The notes beneath the pieces were generated by a model. The model did no database searches. It was not told where the DNA came from and worked only from the letters and a program-made list of their open reading frames with translations. A stretch of 64,000 nt of DNA from Camelus ferus (taxonomy: Eukaryota), in assembly GCF_009834535.1 (NCBI RefSeq), contig NC_045697.1, positions 53,074,001 through 53,138,000 of the forward strand. Reading direction: 5' to 3'. This document shows, in pieces, positions 26,511 through 36,226 of this stretch (position 1 is its first letter; the number at the start of each line of letters is the position of its first letter). The position numbers and the translations under genes were made by a program.

Positions 26511-29500
26511 ACAGTTTTCTGGGTGATCTGTAATGTTTTGTACTTTGGAACTTGATATTAAAAATTACTTACGTAATTTATTCCCTGTTCTGGGCCATCA
26601 GCAGTTTAGAGACTTTCACCTAAAGTGGGTTGTTTCCTTTCTATTTGATCATACAGATCCATGCTTTTGTAAAACATTTGCAATAATTTGTTAAATGTTT
26701 CTCTTCTTAGCCAAATAGCAAGTTCTATAAGGACAGCAACCCTGTACCCTGCTGAAACTCAAGCACCGAGCACAGTGCCTGGACCATGGCAGACATTCGT
26801 GGAGGTGAGTGACATTGAATTGCATGAAGCATCTTATGTGAAGCATTTTTTGCTTTCCACCCATAACCCTGTGTCATGATGACTGCTGAGTTGTGTGAAT
26901 CAAACCCAGTGTGTCCTGTCACTGCAGCACAGCCAGTGCAGCTCAGCTGTTTAATTTGACAGAGCTTTCTGTCCTAGGAACCAAGACTATCCATATCTCA
27001 CCCTCTCCCTGACCCATATGCATGAGACATGCACACATATGACATCTGATGATGCCCTGAAGTGGTTGGGAACTCTGAAAAAATTGATAAGGCTTTCTCA
27101 GCCACCTTTTATGATTACGGCATGGCCTTTTCCCTAAGAGCTGTGGGCTTGGTTATAACAGCAGTGGTGTCTGACAGATATGTATTCCCCTTTGTGCTTA
27201 AAGAGAAATTTGGAAAGTAAGAATGCCTTTTTACTTTATTTTCTTTTAAATAGAGATAAATATGTCTGCAACATTTCAAGACTTCTGAGAAGCTTATAAT
27301 TTAGTCAGTTTTAGAAGGCGGGGATAGTCATGATTTAAGAAGATATGTTCTGTCTTTAGAGGGAAGCCTGGTTCACTTATTTCAGTATTCAAGGGAAATC
27401 CCAGGGTCTAGGGAAATTTTCTTCTAATAGAACAAGAACTCTAAGCGGCATGGTGAAAGTGTCTGGTATATTACATAGAAGAACAGTAGTCTGGGGGAAC
27501 GCTGGGCAGACCTACTGAGTATGGTGCAGCTGGTGGGCCATACCCCTCCTCCTGAAACCGTACAGCGTGCAGCTTGCAGAACATGAGAGAGAGCTCAGGA
27601 AGCATGGGTGACAGGGAATAGGCTGTGAGGAGGGCTCTAAGTCTTAGCTGGAAGTTGCTCCTAACAGGCATATGGGAGACAGAAGATTGGGAGAGGGATT
27701 AATAGTAGGGAAAGTGTGTGCTGAATGTGAATGAATGTGAAATCGGAGACGTGCAAAACCAATGAGCCCTTATATTCCATTGGTGTGTCAGTGTGATGTG
27801 ATTCAACAAATTCATTTTACCAAGGGCTCATGGAAGGGAGGAGAGAAACAGGCAGGTATTCTTCCGTATCAAAACTATCCCTCCAGGAAGCCAGCCTAGC
27901 CTGGCGACTGAAATAGGGCTCATGGCAGAGATGGTAATGGTTGCCCCCATTAAAAACTTTGTGGAGAGATGAGATAATGGATGCCAAACCTCAAAGGGAT
28001 GAAAAGTTCCTTTAGGTAGGAAATAAATAACGCTTTTGACTCTGTTTACACACAAGTCACAGTAAAGTGCCCAACTGAATTTATTTACCAATTGAAGATT
28101 AACTGGAGTTGGCATGAATCTGTTCAGTTGTTGCTAACAAGAGCAGGAGAAGCAACAGAGAGCTGACAATGCAGAGACCCTGATGGCCCTCCATGCTGGA
28201 AAATTTGTGTCATGCTTAAGCATCATAGAAGTTTAGAAGCCAGATTGTGGAAATGACAACTGATAAGGAGATAGGGGAAATCTGGCAGTAGTAGTGTCTT
28301 ATAGTAGGAGTTCAGAGCTATTCTTAAAAGGCCAAATATACATAGATATAAATACATCTACTCCCAGACTTTTCACACATTCCATAAAGAGTTGATACAA
28401 TCTTTTGTTTAAAACAATTTTTATTTATTCTTCAGAAACAAATAAAATTTTGAAATGCCAGTAATATACCTGATATTGTTAGGTTGATTGAGCACCAAAC
28501 TAAGTCTGTTACCGTATTTGTTGGTTGCACCTCTGAAAAGTAATTTCCTGCTATAATCAAATTTCATTTTAGTTCTACTTTAATAAAATAAATAAAACTC
28601 TGCCTCATGTCTCATTTAGACATTTAGATTTACTAGAATAGATAAAATGGACTTTTCACTCCAAAAATCAATGATGCCATCATTATGAAAAATGATTACA
28701 TAATTTGAGACCCATTTGAGGGGAGGTAAAACGATCAGTTTATTAGGGCATTGCTTCATGCTTTGTATTCATTGCTTCTGCTCCTGTACTCAAGAGAGTT
28801 AAATTTTAAAAAACATATTTACTTCACATTTATATTGATATATTTATGCATGTATTATTTCTATTTAAATTTTATTATTTTATATTTCTTTTAAAAATTA
28901 TGCTGTATTACTTATATTTTTACTACTTAGCTGTCCCTATAGACAGGTGCATTTCCAAGAGAAAGGCAATAAAAAGTTGATATAATTTTATAATTTATTT
29001 TACTGCTATCTCTTCCTCATTCTGTGCAGGAAGTCAGGAACTCACATTTTTCCTTGCCTACTTATTTGGCTTCAAAATGCTGAACCAGGCTACTATATGC
29101 TGATAGTTCTTCATGAACAATTCACCCTTCTCTGCTTAGCCCTCTACCCTGGGAGGACAACCATGTAAACTCTATGACCTGGACTCCTTTGCCTGTCAGA
29201 TCTTGATCAGAGTCCACTGATCAAAGAAATAGAAGGAAAGAGGAAGGGGTACTATACTGCTCTCTTCCTCCTGTGGGCAGTAATTATATCCCTTCACAGC
29301 AACAGATTCTATTGGTTGGCTTTTCATCCACAGTCCCAACTCTGATTCAGGCTCTGGTATTGTTATTTGTTCCTTTGCCCCCATTAAGCTGAGGCACACT
29401 ACAAGCTCCACTTTGGCTAGACTTTGTATGCCTTAACACCCCTTGCCAGTTCATTTAATCCTGTCCACTCTCTTCAAGCAGACTTTTTATAAATGCCTTT

Positions 29501-29624
29501 TTTTTTTCATAAGGAGTCTGTTTCCTTCTGGGAAAATGATTTTACTAGCTATTGGTAGGTAATAAAATATAGCAAAGGTGGTAGTCATCATGACAATATT
29601 AGGTGCATATTATTGCTCAGATAC

Positions 29625-29630
29625 TTTATT
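29625..29630 (-). terminator. Polyadenylation signal of the PROL1/OPRPN-like gene
   Basis: AATAAA about 100 nt past the relic ancestral stop (29731-29733). Confidence 0.6.
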
Positions 29631-29730
29631 TGTTTGGTGTTCTGGTTAGAACAGGGTTGGTTCCACTGAAATAATTGAAGTTCATTTCTCCTAAGAGCTA
29701 GAGAAGTTTGGAAAATAATTTCTCACATCT

Positions 29731-31423
29731 TCAACCAAAAAACAACAGGAACTAATCCCCAGAACTCTTAAACTTTATACAGATGGGTGTAGTTTGGAAG
29801 CTGTAACATGGATAGTGGTACTGGGCACTATGGTGGATAGAGGGCTGGTTATATTTGAGTTGTAGCTGCTGTAGGTACTGTGGAGATGGTTGCTACTGCT
29901 GTGGTGGTGGTGGGCTCCGTTGCAGTAGTGAGCTCTGTGAAAATACTGATGGTAGTTGCTGTGGTGGTGGAATCAGTGGAAGTACTCATGGTTGCTTCTG
30001 TAGTAGTAATGATGGTTGCTGTGGTGGGGGATTCTGTGGAAACGACAGTTGCTGTTGTTGGTGTAGGTTTAGTTGAAGTGGTGGTGCTTACTGTGGTGGC
30101 GGTGGCTTCAGTAGAAGTTGTGGTTGCTGTGGTGGTGGATTCAGTTACAGTGGTGGTGGTTGCTGTAGTGGTGGGTTCTGTAGAGGTGATGATTGTTGCT
30201 CTGGTGGTGGGTTCTGTGGAAGGTGTGGTGGTTCCTGTTGCAGTGGTAGTTTCAGTGAATGTAGTGCTGATTGGTTTGGTGGTGAGTTCTGCAATGGTAA
30301 AGATCGTTGTTGTGGTTTGGAGTTCCGCAGAGGTAGTGGTGGTTGCTGTAGTGGTGAACTCTGTGGAAGTGATGGGTGCTGTTGTGGTGATGGGTTCTGT
30401 GGAAATGGTGGTGGTTGCTATTGTGGTGGATTCTGTGGAAGTGGTATAGGGTTCTGTGGAAGTAGTGATTGTTGCTGTTGTGGTAGGTTCCGTTGACTTG
30501 GTGGTGGTGGCTTCAGTAGAAGTTTTGCTGGTTGCTGTGGTGGTGGAGTCTGTAGAAGTGATGAGTGTTTCTCTGGTGGTGGGTTCTGTGGAAGTTGTGG
30601 TGGTTCCCGTAGTGGTGGTAGGTTCAGTGGAAGTGGTGGTGAATTCTGTAATAGTGATGATTGTTGCTGTGGTGTGGGATTCTGCAGAAGTAGTGGTGGT
30701 TGCTGTGATAGAGTCTATGGAAGTGGTATTACAGGGTTCTGTGGAAGTGATAATGGTTGCTGTTCTGGTGGTGGTTGCTGTGGTAGTGGGTTCAGTGGAA
30801 CTGATGGGTGTTGATGTGCTGGTGGGTTCTGTGAAAGTGGTGATGGTAGATGGTAGGTGATGTTGTGGTAGATTCAGTTGAAGTGACAGTGGTTGCTGTG
30901 GTGGTGGATTCTGTAGAAGTGATGATTGCTGCTGTTGTAGTGGGTTCTGTGGAAATTGTGGTGGGTTCAGATGAAGTGGTGGTAGGCTCTGTGGAAATAA
31001 TGGTTGCTGTTGTGGGTGTAGATTCAGCTAAAGTGGTGGTGATTACTGTACCATTGGGCTCTGTGGGAGTGATCATTGCCTTTATGGTGGTGGGTGATAT
31101 GGAAGTGGTTGTGGTTGTTATTGTGGTAGGTTCTGTAGAAGTAATGATGGTTGCTCTGGTGGTGTTTCCTGTGGAAGTAGGGGTGGTTCCTGTCGTGGTG
31201 GTAGGTTCAGTTGCAGTGATGGTGATTGCTGTAGTGATGGGTTCTGTGGAAGTAATGTTGGTTGCTGTGATGGTGGGTTCTAGAAAAGTGGTGGTGGTGG
31301 TTGTGGCAGTCAGTTCTGTAGAAGTGTTGGTAGTTGTTATGGTAGTAGATTCTGTAGAAGTAATGATAGTTGCTCTTGTGGTATCTCTTACAATTGTGGT
31401 GTTTCCTATTTTGGTAGGTTTGG
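29731..31423 (-). pseudogene. Frameshifted fossil continuation of the PROL1-like mucin domain and PROL1 C-terminus, now 3' UTR
   Basis: The TSTEPTTTAT repeats continue past the stop in shifted frames, then read TTQI/TSPLSTIVPSTTIHVTASK...FKS/WD*FLLFFG*. Compare human PROL1 TTQILANRPHTVLLNATVQVTTSN...FKSFWQKLFAIFG*. Confidence 0.8.
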
Positions 31424-34400
31424 TTAAAGGGTGATGTTTGCTATGGTGGTGGGCTCTGTGGAAGTGAAGGCTGCTGTTGTGGTGGCAGGTTCAGTTGAAT
31501 TGGTGGTGATTTCTGTGGTGGTGGTGGCTTCAGTAGACGTTGTGTTGGTTTCTGTGGTGGTGGGTTCAGTTAGAGAGGTAGTGGTTGCTCTGGTGGTGGG
31601 TCCTGTGGAAGTTGTGAATGTTCCTGTTGTGATGGTAGGTCCAGGGAAAGTGGTGGTGACTGCTTTGGTGGTGAGTTCTGTAGTAGTGATGATTGTTGCT
31701 GAGGTTTGAGATTCTGCAGAAGTAGTGGTGGTTGCTGTAGTGGTGGGCTCTGTGGAAATAATGGTGGTTGCTGTGGTAGATTCTGTAGAAGTGGTATAAG
31801 GTTCTGTGGAAGTGGTAATTATTAATGTTCTGGTGGTGGGTTCCATGGAAGTGGTGGTGGTTGCTGTGGTGATGGGTTCAGTGGAAGTGGTAATGATTGC
31901 TGTTGTGCTGGGTTGTGTAGCAGTGATGATGGCTACCATGTTGGGGGATTCAGAGGAAGTAGTGCTTGCTGTTGTAGTGGTGGGCTCTGTGGGAGTGATG
32001 GTTGCTGTTGTGGTGGGTTCTGTGGAAATGGTGGTGGTTACTGTGGTGACAGATTCTGCAGAAGTGTTGATTGTTGCTATGGTGGTGGGTTCTGTGGAAG
32101 TTATGTTGGTTCTTGTTGTGATAGGTTCAATTAAAGAGGTAGTAGTGATTGCTGTGGTGGTCATATCAGTGGAAATGGTGATGGTTGATAATGTAGTGGG
32201 TTCTGTTGTAGTGATGATAGTTGCTGTGGTGGGTGTGGAAGTAGTGGTGGTTTCTGTAGTGGTTGGCTCCATGGAAGAGGTGGTGTTTGCTATTGTGGCA
32301 GATTCTGTGGATGTAATGATGGTGCCTGTGATAAGTTCTGTAGAAGTAGTATAGGGTTCTGTGGAAGTGGTCATGGGTTCTGTGGTGGTAGATTCTGTAG
32401 AAGTAATGAATGTTGCTGTGGTGGTGAGGTCTTTGGAAGTTGCGGTGGTTCCTGTTGCAGTGGTGGGTTCAGTTGTAGTGATGGTGGTTGCTGACGTGGG
32501 CGATTCTGTGGAAGTAGTGGTGGTTTCTGTGGTGGTGGGCTCTGTGAGAGTGGTGGTGGTTACTATTCTAAGGGGTTCTGTGGAAATAATGATGGTGGCT
32601 GTGGTGGATTCTGTGGAAGTGGTATAGTGTTCAGTGGATGTGGTGATGGTGGCAGTTACGGTGGTAGGTTCAATTGAAGTGTTAGTGGTTGCTATGGTGG
32701 TGGGCTCTGTGGGAGTAATGGTTGCTGTTGTCATTGTAGGTTCAGTTGAAGTGGTCATAGCTTTTGTGGTTGTGGGCTCTATGGAAGAGGTGATGGTGGC
32801 TGTTGTGGTTGTATGTTCAGTTGAAGTGGTGGTGGTTGCTGTGGTGTTGGTGGCTTCTGTAGAAGTTGTGGTTGCTGTGGTGGTGGTCAGTTCACTTGAC
32901 ATGGCAGTGGTTGCTGTGGTTGTGGATTTTGAAGAAAAGATGATTGTAGTTGTGGGGACAGGCTCCTTGGAAGTTGTGGTGTTTCCTTTTGTGGTGTTAG
33001 TTTCAGTTGAAGTAGTGCTTGTTGCTCTAGCGGTGGACTCTGTGGAAGTGATGGTTGCTATTGTGGTGGGTTCTATGGAAGTAATAGTAGTTGCTGGGAT
33101 GGATTCTGTGGATGTGGTATAGGGTTCTGTGGAAGTGGTGATGTGTTCAACAGTAGTGGATTCTGTAGAGGTGATGGTTGTTGCTGTGGTGATGATTTCT
33201 GTGGAAGTTGTGGTAGTTCCTGTTGTGGTATGTTCAGGTGAAGTGGTGGTTGTTGCTGAGGTAGTGGGCTCTGTGGAAATTATGGTTGCTGTTCTGGTTG
33301 TAGGTTCAGTTGAAATGGTCACGGTTGCTGTGGTGGTGGGTTCTGTGGAAGTGATGATTGCTTTTGTTGGTGTAAATTCTTTTGAACTGGTGGTAGTTGC
33401 TGTGGTGGTGGTCAGTTCACTTGAAGTTGCAGTGGTTGTTGTGATTGTGGGTTCTGAAGAAGTGATGACTGTTGCTGTGGTGACAGATTCCTTGGAAGCT
33501 GTGGTGTTTCTTGTGGTGGTGGTAGTTTCAGTTGAAATGGTTGTGGTTGCTGTGATGGTTGGCTCTACGGAAGTGATGGTTGCTATTGTGGTGGTGGGTT
33601 CTGTGGAAGTGATGGCTGTTGCTATTGTGGTAGGTTCTGTGGAAGTAATGACTGTTGCTGTGGTGGATTCTGTGGAAGTGATATAGGGTTCTGTGGAAGT
33701 GGTGATCGTTGCTGTTGCTGAAGGTTCTGTGGAAGTAGTGACAGCTGCTGTGATGGATTCTGTAGAAGTGGCATAGAGTTCTGTGGAAGTGGTAACGTTT
33801 GCTGTTGTAGTGGTAGGTTCAGTTGAAGTGGTGATGGTTGCTGTAGTGGACTCTGTGGCAGAAATGGTTGCTGTTTTATTGGTGGGTTCTGTGGAAGTGG
33901 CAGTGGTTTCTATTGTGGTGGGCTCTGTAGAAGTCATGATGCTTGTTGTGGAGGATTCTGTGATAGTCGTATAGGGTTCTGTGGAAAAGACAGGAGTTGC
34001 TATTGTGGTGGTAGGTTCAGTTGAACTGGTGATGGTTGTTGAGGTGGTGGATTCTGTGGATGTTGTGGTGGTAGCTAGAATGGCAGGTCCTGCAGAAGTG
34101 GTAGTGATTGCTGTGGTAGTGGGTTCTGTGGGAATAATGATGGTGGCTGAGGTGGAACCTGTGGACATTGTGGTGTTTCCTGTTCTGGTAGAAGGTTCAT
34201 TTGAAGTGGCAGCAGTTATTGTGGTGTTGAGTTCATTGGAAGCTCTGTTGGTTGCTGTTCTGATGGGTTTTGGAGTAGTGATGATGTTAACTGTGTTAGT
34301 GGATTCTGTGGAAGTAGTGGTGCTCGCTGCAGTGAAGGGCTCTGTGGATGTGATGCTTGCTGTTTTATTGGTGAGCTCTGTGGAAATGGTGGTGGTTTCT

Positions 34401-34760
34401 ATTGTGTTGGGTTCTGTAGAAGTAATGATGGTTTTTGTGGTAGATTCTGTGAAAGTAGTGTAGGGTTCTGTGGAAGTGGTTATAGTTGCTATTGTGGTGG
34501 TAGGTTCTGTTGAAGTGGTAGTTGCTGTGTTGGTGGATTCTGTATCAGTGACAGTTGTTGCTATGGCAGTGGGTTCTGTGGAATTGGTGGCTGTTACTGT
34601 AGTGGTGGGTATAGTGGAAGTGAGGGTGATTGCTATAGTGGTGGGCTCTGTAGAACTGATGGCTGCTGTTGTGGTGAGTTTTGTGGAAGTGATGATTTCT
34701 CTTGCGATGGTGATGGGTTTTATAATGTTAGTAATAGTGGTTGTAGCCGTTGTGATTGTT
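29850..34760 (-). repeat. Degenerate ~11-aa (~33-bp) Thr/Ser/Glu/Pro tandem repeat array (consensus about TSTEPTTTATT)
   Basis: ACTTCCACAGAACCCACCAC units recur over about 4.9 kb with high divergence between units. Confidence 0.9.
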
Positions 34761-36226
34761 TTATTTGAGGGTGGAAGGCACCCTTTTGTACCAGGAGGAT
34801 AAGGAGGGCGAGGAAGGCGCCCTTTTGTACCAGGAAGACAATGAGGGAGTGGAAAGCACCCTTTTGTACCAGGAGGAAGACGGGGTGGAAGGCATCCTTT
34901 TGTACCAGGAGGAGAAGGAAGGCGTGGAAGGCGCCCTTTTGTGCCGGGAGGGGAAGGAGGGCGTGGAAGGCGCCCCTTTGTGCCGGGAGGGGAAGGAGGG
35001 CGTGGAAGGCGCCCCTTTGTGCCGGGAGGGGAAGGAGGGCGTGGAAGGCGCCCCTTTGTGCCGGGAGGGGAAGGAGGGCGTGGAAGGCGCCCCTTTGTGC
35101 CGGGAGGGGAAGGAGGGCGTGGAAGGCGCCCCTTTGTGCCGGGAGGGGAAGGAGGGCGTGGAAGGCGCCCCTTTGTGCCGGGAGGGGAAGGAGGGCGTGG
35201 AAGGCGCCCTTTTGTACCAGGAAGACAATGAGGGAGTGGAAAGCACCCTTTTGTACCAGGAGGAAGACGGGGTGGAAGGCACCCTTTTGTACCAGAAGGA
35301 TAAGGAGGGCGAGGAAGGCGCCCTTTTGTACCAGGAAGACAATGAGGGAGTGGAAAGCACCCTTTTGTACCAGGAGGAAGACGGGGTGGAAGGCATCCTT
35401 TTGTACCAGGAGGAGAAGGAAGGCGTGGAAGGCGCCCTTTTGTGCCGGGAGGGGAAGGAGGGCGTGGAAGGCGCCCTTTTGTGCCGGGAGGGGAAGGAGG
35501 GCGTGGAAGGCGCCCCTTTGTGCCGGGAGGGGAAGGAGGGCGTGGAAGGCGCCCCTTTGTGCCGGGAGGGGAAGGAGGGCGTGGAAGGCGCCCCTTTGTG
35601 CCGGGAGGGGAAGGAGGGCGTGGAAGGCGCCCCTTTGTGCCGGGAGGGGAAGGAGGGCGTGGAAGGCGCCCCTTTGTGCCGGGAGGGGAAGGAGGGCGTG
35701 GAAGGCGCCCCTTTGTGCCGGGAGGGGAAGGAGGGCGTGGAAGGCGCCCTTTTGTGCCGGGAGGGGAAGGAGGGCGTGGAAGGCGCCCTTTTGTGCCAGA
35801 AGCAGGAGGGGGTGGAAGGCTCCCTGTTGTGCCAGGAGGAGAAGGAAGGTGTGGAAGGCGCCCTTTTGTGCCAGAAGCAGGAGGGGATGGAAGGCGCCCT
35901 TTTGTACCAACAGGAGTACGTGGTGGAAGGTGTCCTTTTGTACCAGGTGCAGGACGATGTGGAAGGCGCCCTTTTGTACCAGGAGGAGTACGTGGAAGAG
36001 GGCGCCTTTTCGTACCAGGAGGAGGTGCAGCTTGCCCTTTTCTCCCAAGAGGAAGAGGAGGTGGCACGTGCCCTCGAGGACCAAGATGAGGTGGTGGTCT
36101 AACAAGTCCTGGACCATTGGGAGGAGAAAGAGGAGATAAAACTCTTCTTGACTTGTAGGGTAGAGGAGATGGTGGCTGCTCTCTGGGTAGATGTGGTCCC
36201 CTGGGAACACTTTGATTCTCACTGGG
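31424..36226 (-). CDS. OPRPN: PROL1/opiorphin-prepropeptide-derived giant mucin-like protein, last coding exon (1600 aa + stop)
   Basis: Acceptor ttttatctccacag|CCC AGT GAG AAT CAA, in frame with the 1616-aa ORF. The N-terminus PSENQSVPRGPHLPREQPPSPLPYKSR resembles human PROL1 PSESQRFSRRPYLPGQLPPPPLYRPR. Syntenic position between SMR3 and MUC7. Confidence 0.85.
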   Translation of the reverse strand, partial: PSENQSVPRGPHLPREQPPSPLPYKSRRVLSPLSPPNGPGLVRPPPHLGPRGHVPPPLPLGRKGQAAPPPGTKRRPLPRTPPGTKGRLPHRPAPGTKGHLPPRTPVGTKGRLPSPPASGTKGRLPHLPSPPGTTGSLPPPPASGTKGRLPRPPSPPGTKGRLPRPPSPPGTKGRLPRPPSPPGTKGRLPRPPSPPGTKGRLPRPPSPPGTKGRLPRPPSPPGTKGRLPRPPSPPGTKGRLPRPPSPPGTKGRLPRPPSPPGTKGRLPRLPSPPGTKGCLPPRLPPGTKGCFPLPHCLPGTKGRLPRPPYPSGTKGCLPPRLPPGTKGCFPLPHCLPGTKGRLPRPPSPPGTKGRLPRPPSPPGTKGRLPRPPSPPGTKGRLPRPPSPPGTKGRLPRPPSPPGTKGRLPRPPSPPGTKGRLPRPPSPPGTKGRLPRLPSPPGTKGCLPPRLPPGTKGCFPLPHCLPGTKGRLPRPPYPPGTKGCLPPSNKTITTATTTITNIIKPITIAREIITSTKLTTTAAISSTEPTTIAITLTSTIPTTTVTATNSTEPTAIATTVTDTESTNTATTTSTEPTTTIATITTSTEPYTTFTESTTKTIITSTEPNTIETTTISTELTNKTASITSTEPFTAASTTTSTESTNTVNIITTPKPIRTATNRASNELNTTITAATSNEPSTRTGNTTMSTGSTSATIIIPTEPTTTAITTTSAGPAILATTTTSTESTTSTTITSSTEPTTTIATPVFSTEPYTTITESSTTSIMTSTEPTTIETTATSTEPTNKTATISATESTTATITTSTEPTTTTANVTTSTELYATSTESITAAVTTSTEPSATATITTSTEPYITSTESTTATVITSTEPTTIATAITSTEPTTTIATITSVEPTITATTTISTETTTTTRNTTASKESVTTATVITSSEPTITTTTATSSELTTTTATTTSSKEFTPTKAIITSTEPTTTATVTISTEPTTRTATIISTEPTTSATTTTSPEHTTTGTTTTSTEIITTATTITSTESTTVEHITTSTEPYTTSTESIPATTITSIEPTTIATITSTESTARATSTTSTETNTTKGNTTTSKEPVPTTTIIFSSKSTTTATTAMSSELTTTTATTTSTEATNTTATTTTSTEHTTTTATITSSIEPTTTKAMTTSTEPTMTTATITPTEPTTIATTNTSIEPTTVTATITTSTEHYTTSTESTTATIIISTEPLRIVTTTTLTEPTTTETTTTSTESPTSATTITTTEPTTATGTTATSKDLTTTATFITSTESTTTEPMTTSTEPYTTSTELITGTIITSTESATIANTTSSMEPTTTETTTTSTPTTATIITTTEPTTLSTITISTDMTTTAITTTSLIEPITTRTNITSTEPTTIATINTSAESVTTVTTTISTEPTTTATITPTEPTTTTASTTSSESPNMVAIITATQPSTTAIITTSTEPITTATTTTSMEPTTRTLIITTSTEPYTTSTESTTATTIISTEPTTTATTTTSAESQTSATIITTTELTTKAVTTTFPGPTITTGTFTTSTGPTTRATTTSLTEPTTTETNTTSTEATTTTEITTNSTEPATTTAAFTSTEPTTIANITL
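34770..36045 (-). repeat. 36/39-bp coding minisatellite (GTKGRLPRPPSPP and variants)
   Basis: Blocks of 9 (from 35442) and 7 (from 34941) near-identical 39-bp units, plus Cys-containing and degenerate variants. Confidence 0.97.

Noticed and set aside
29855..34802. Many Val-rich or Cys/Gly-rich plus-strand ORFs (also 1085-1321, 16745-17776, 57665-58031)
   Set aside because: These are antisense shadows of Thr-rich (ACN) codon repeats, with no splice sites, signal exon or promoter on the plus strand.
34770..36045. CRISPR-like regular repeats
   Set aside because: Head-to-tail coding minisatellite without unique spacers, in mammalian DNA.
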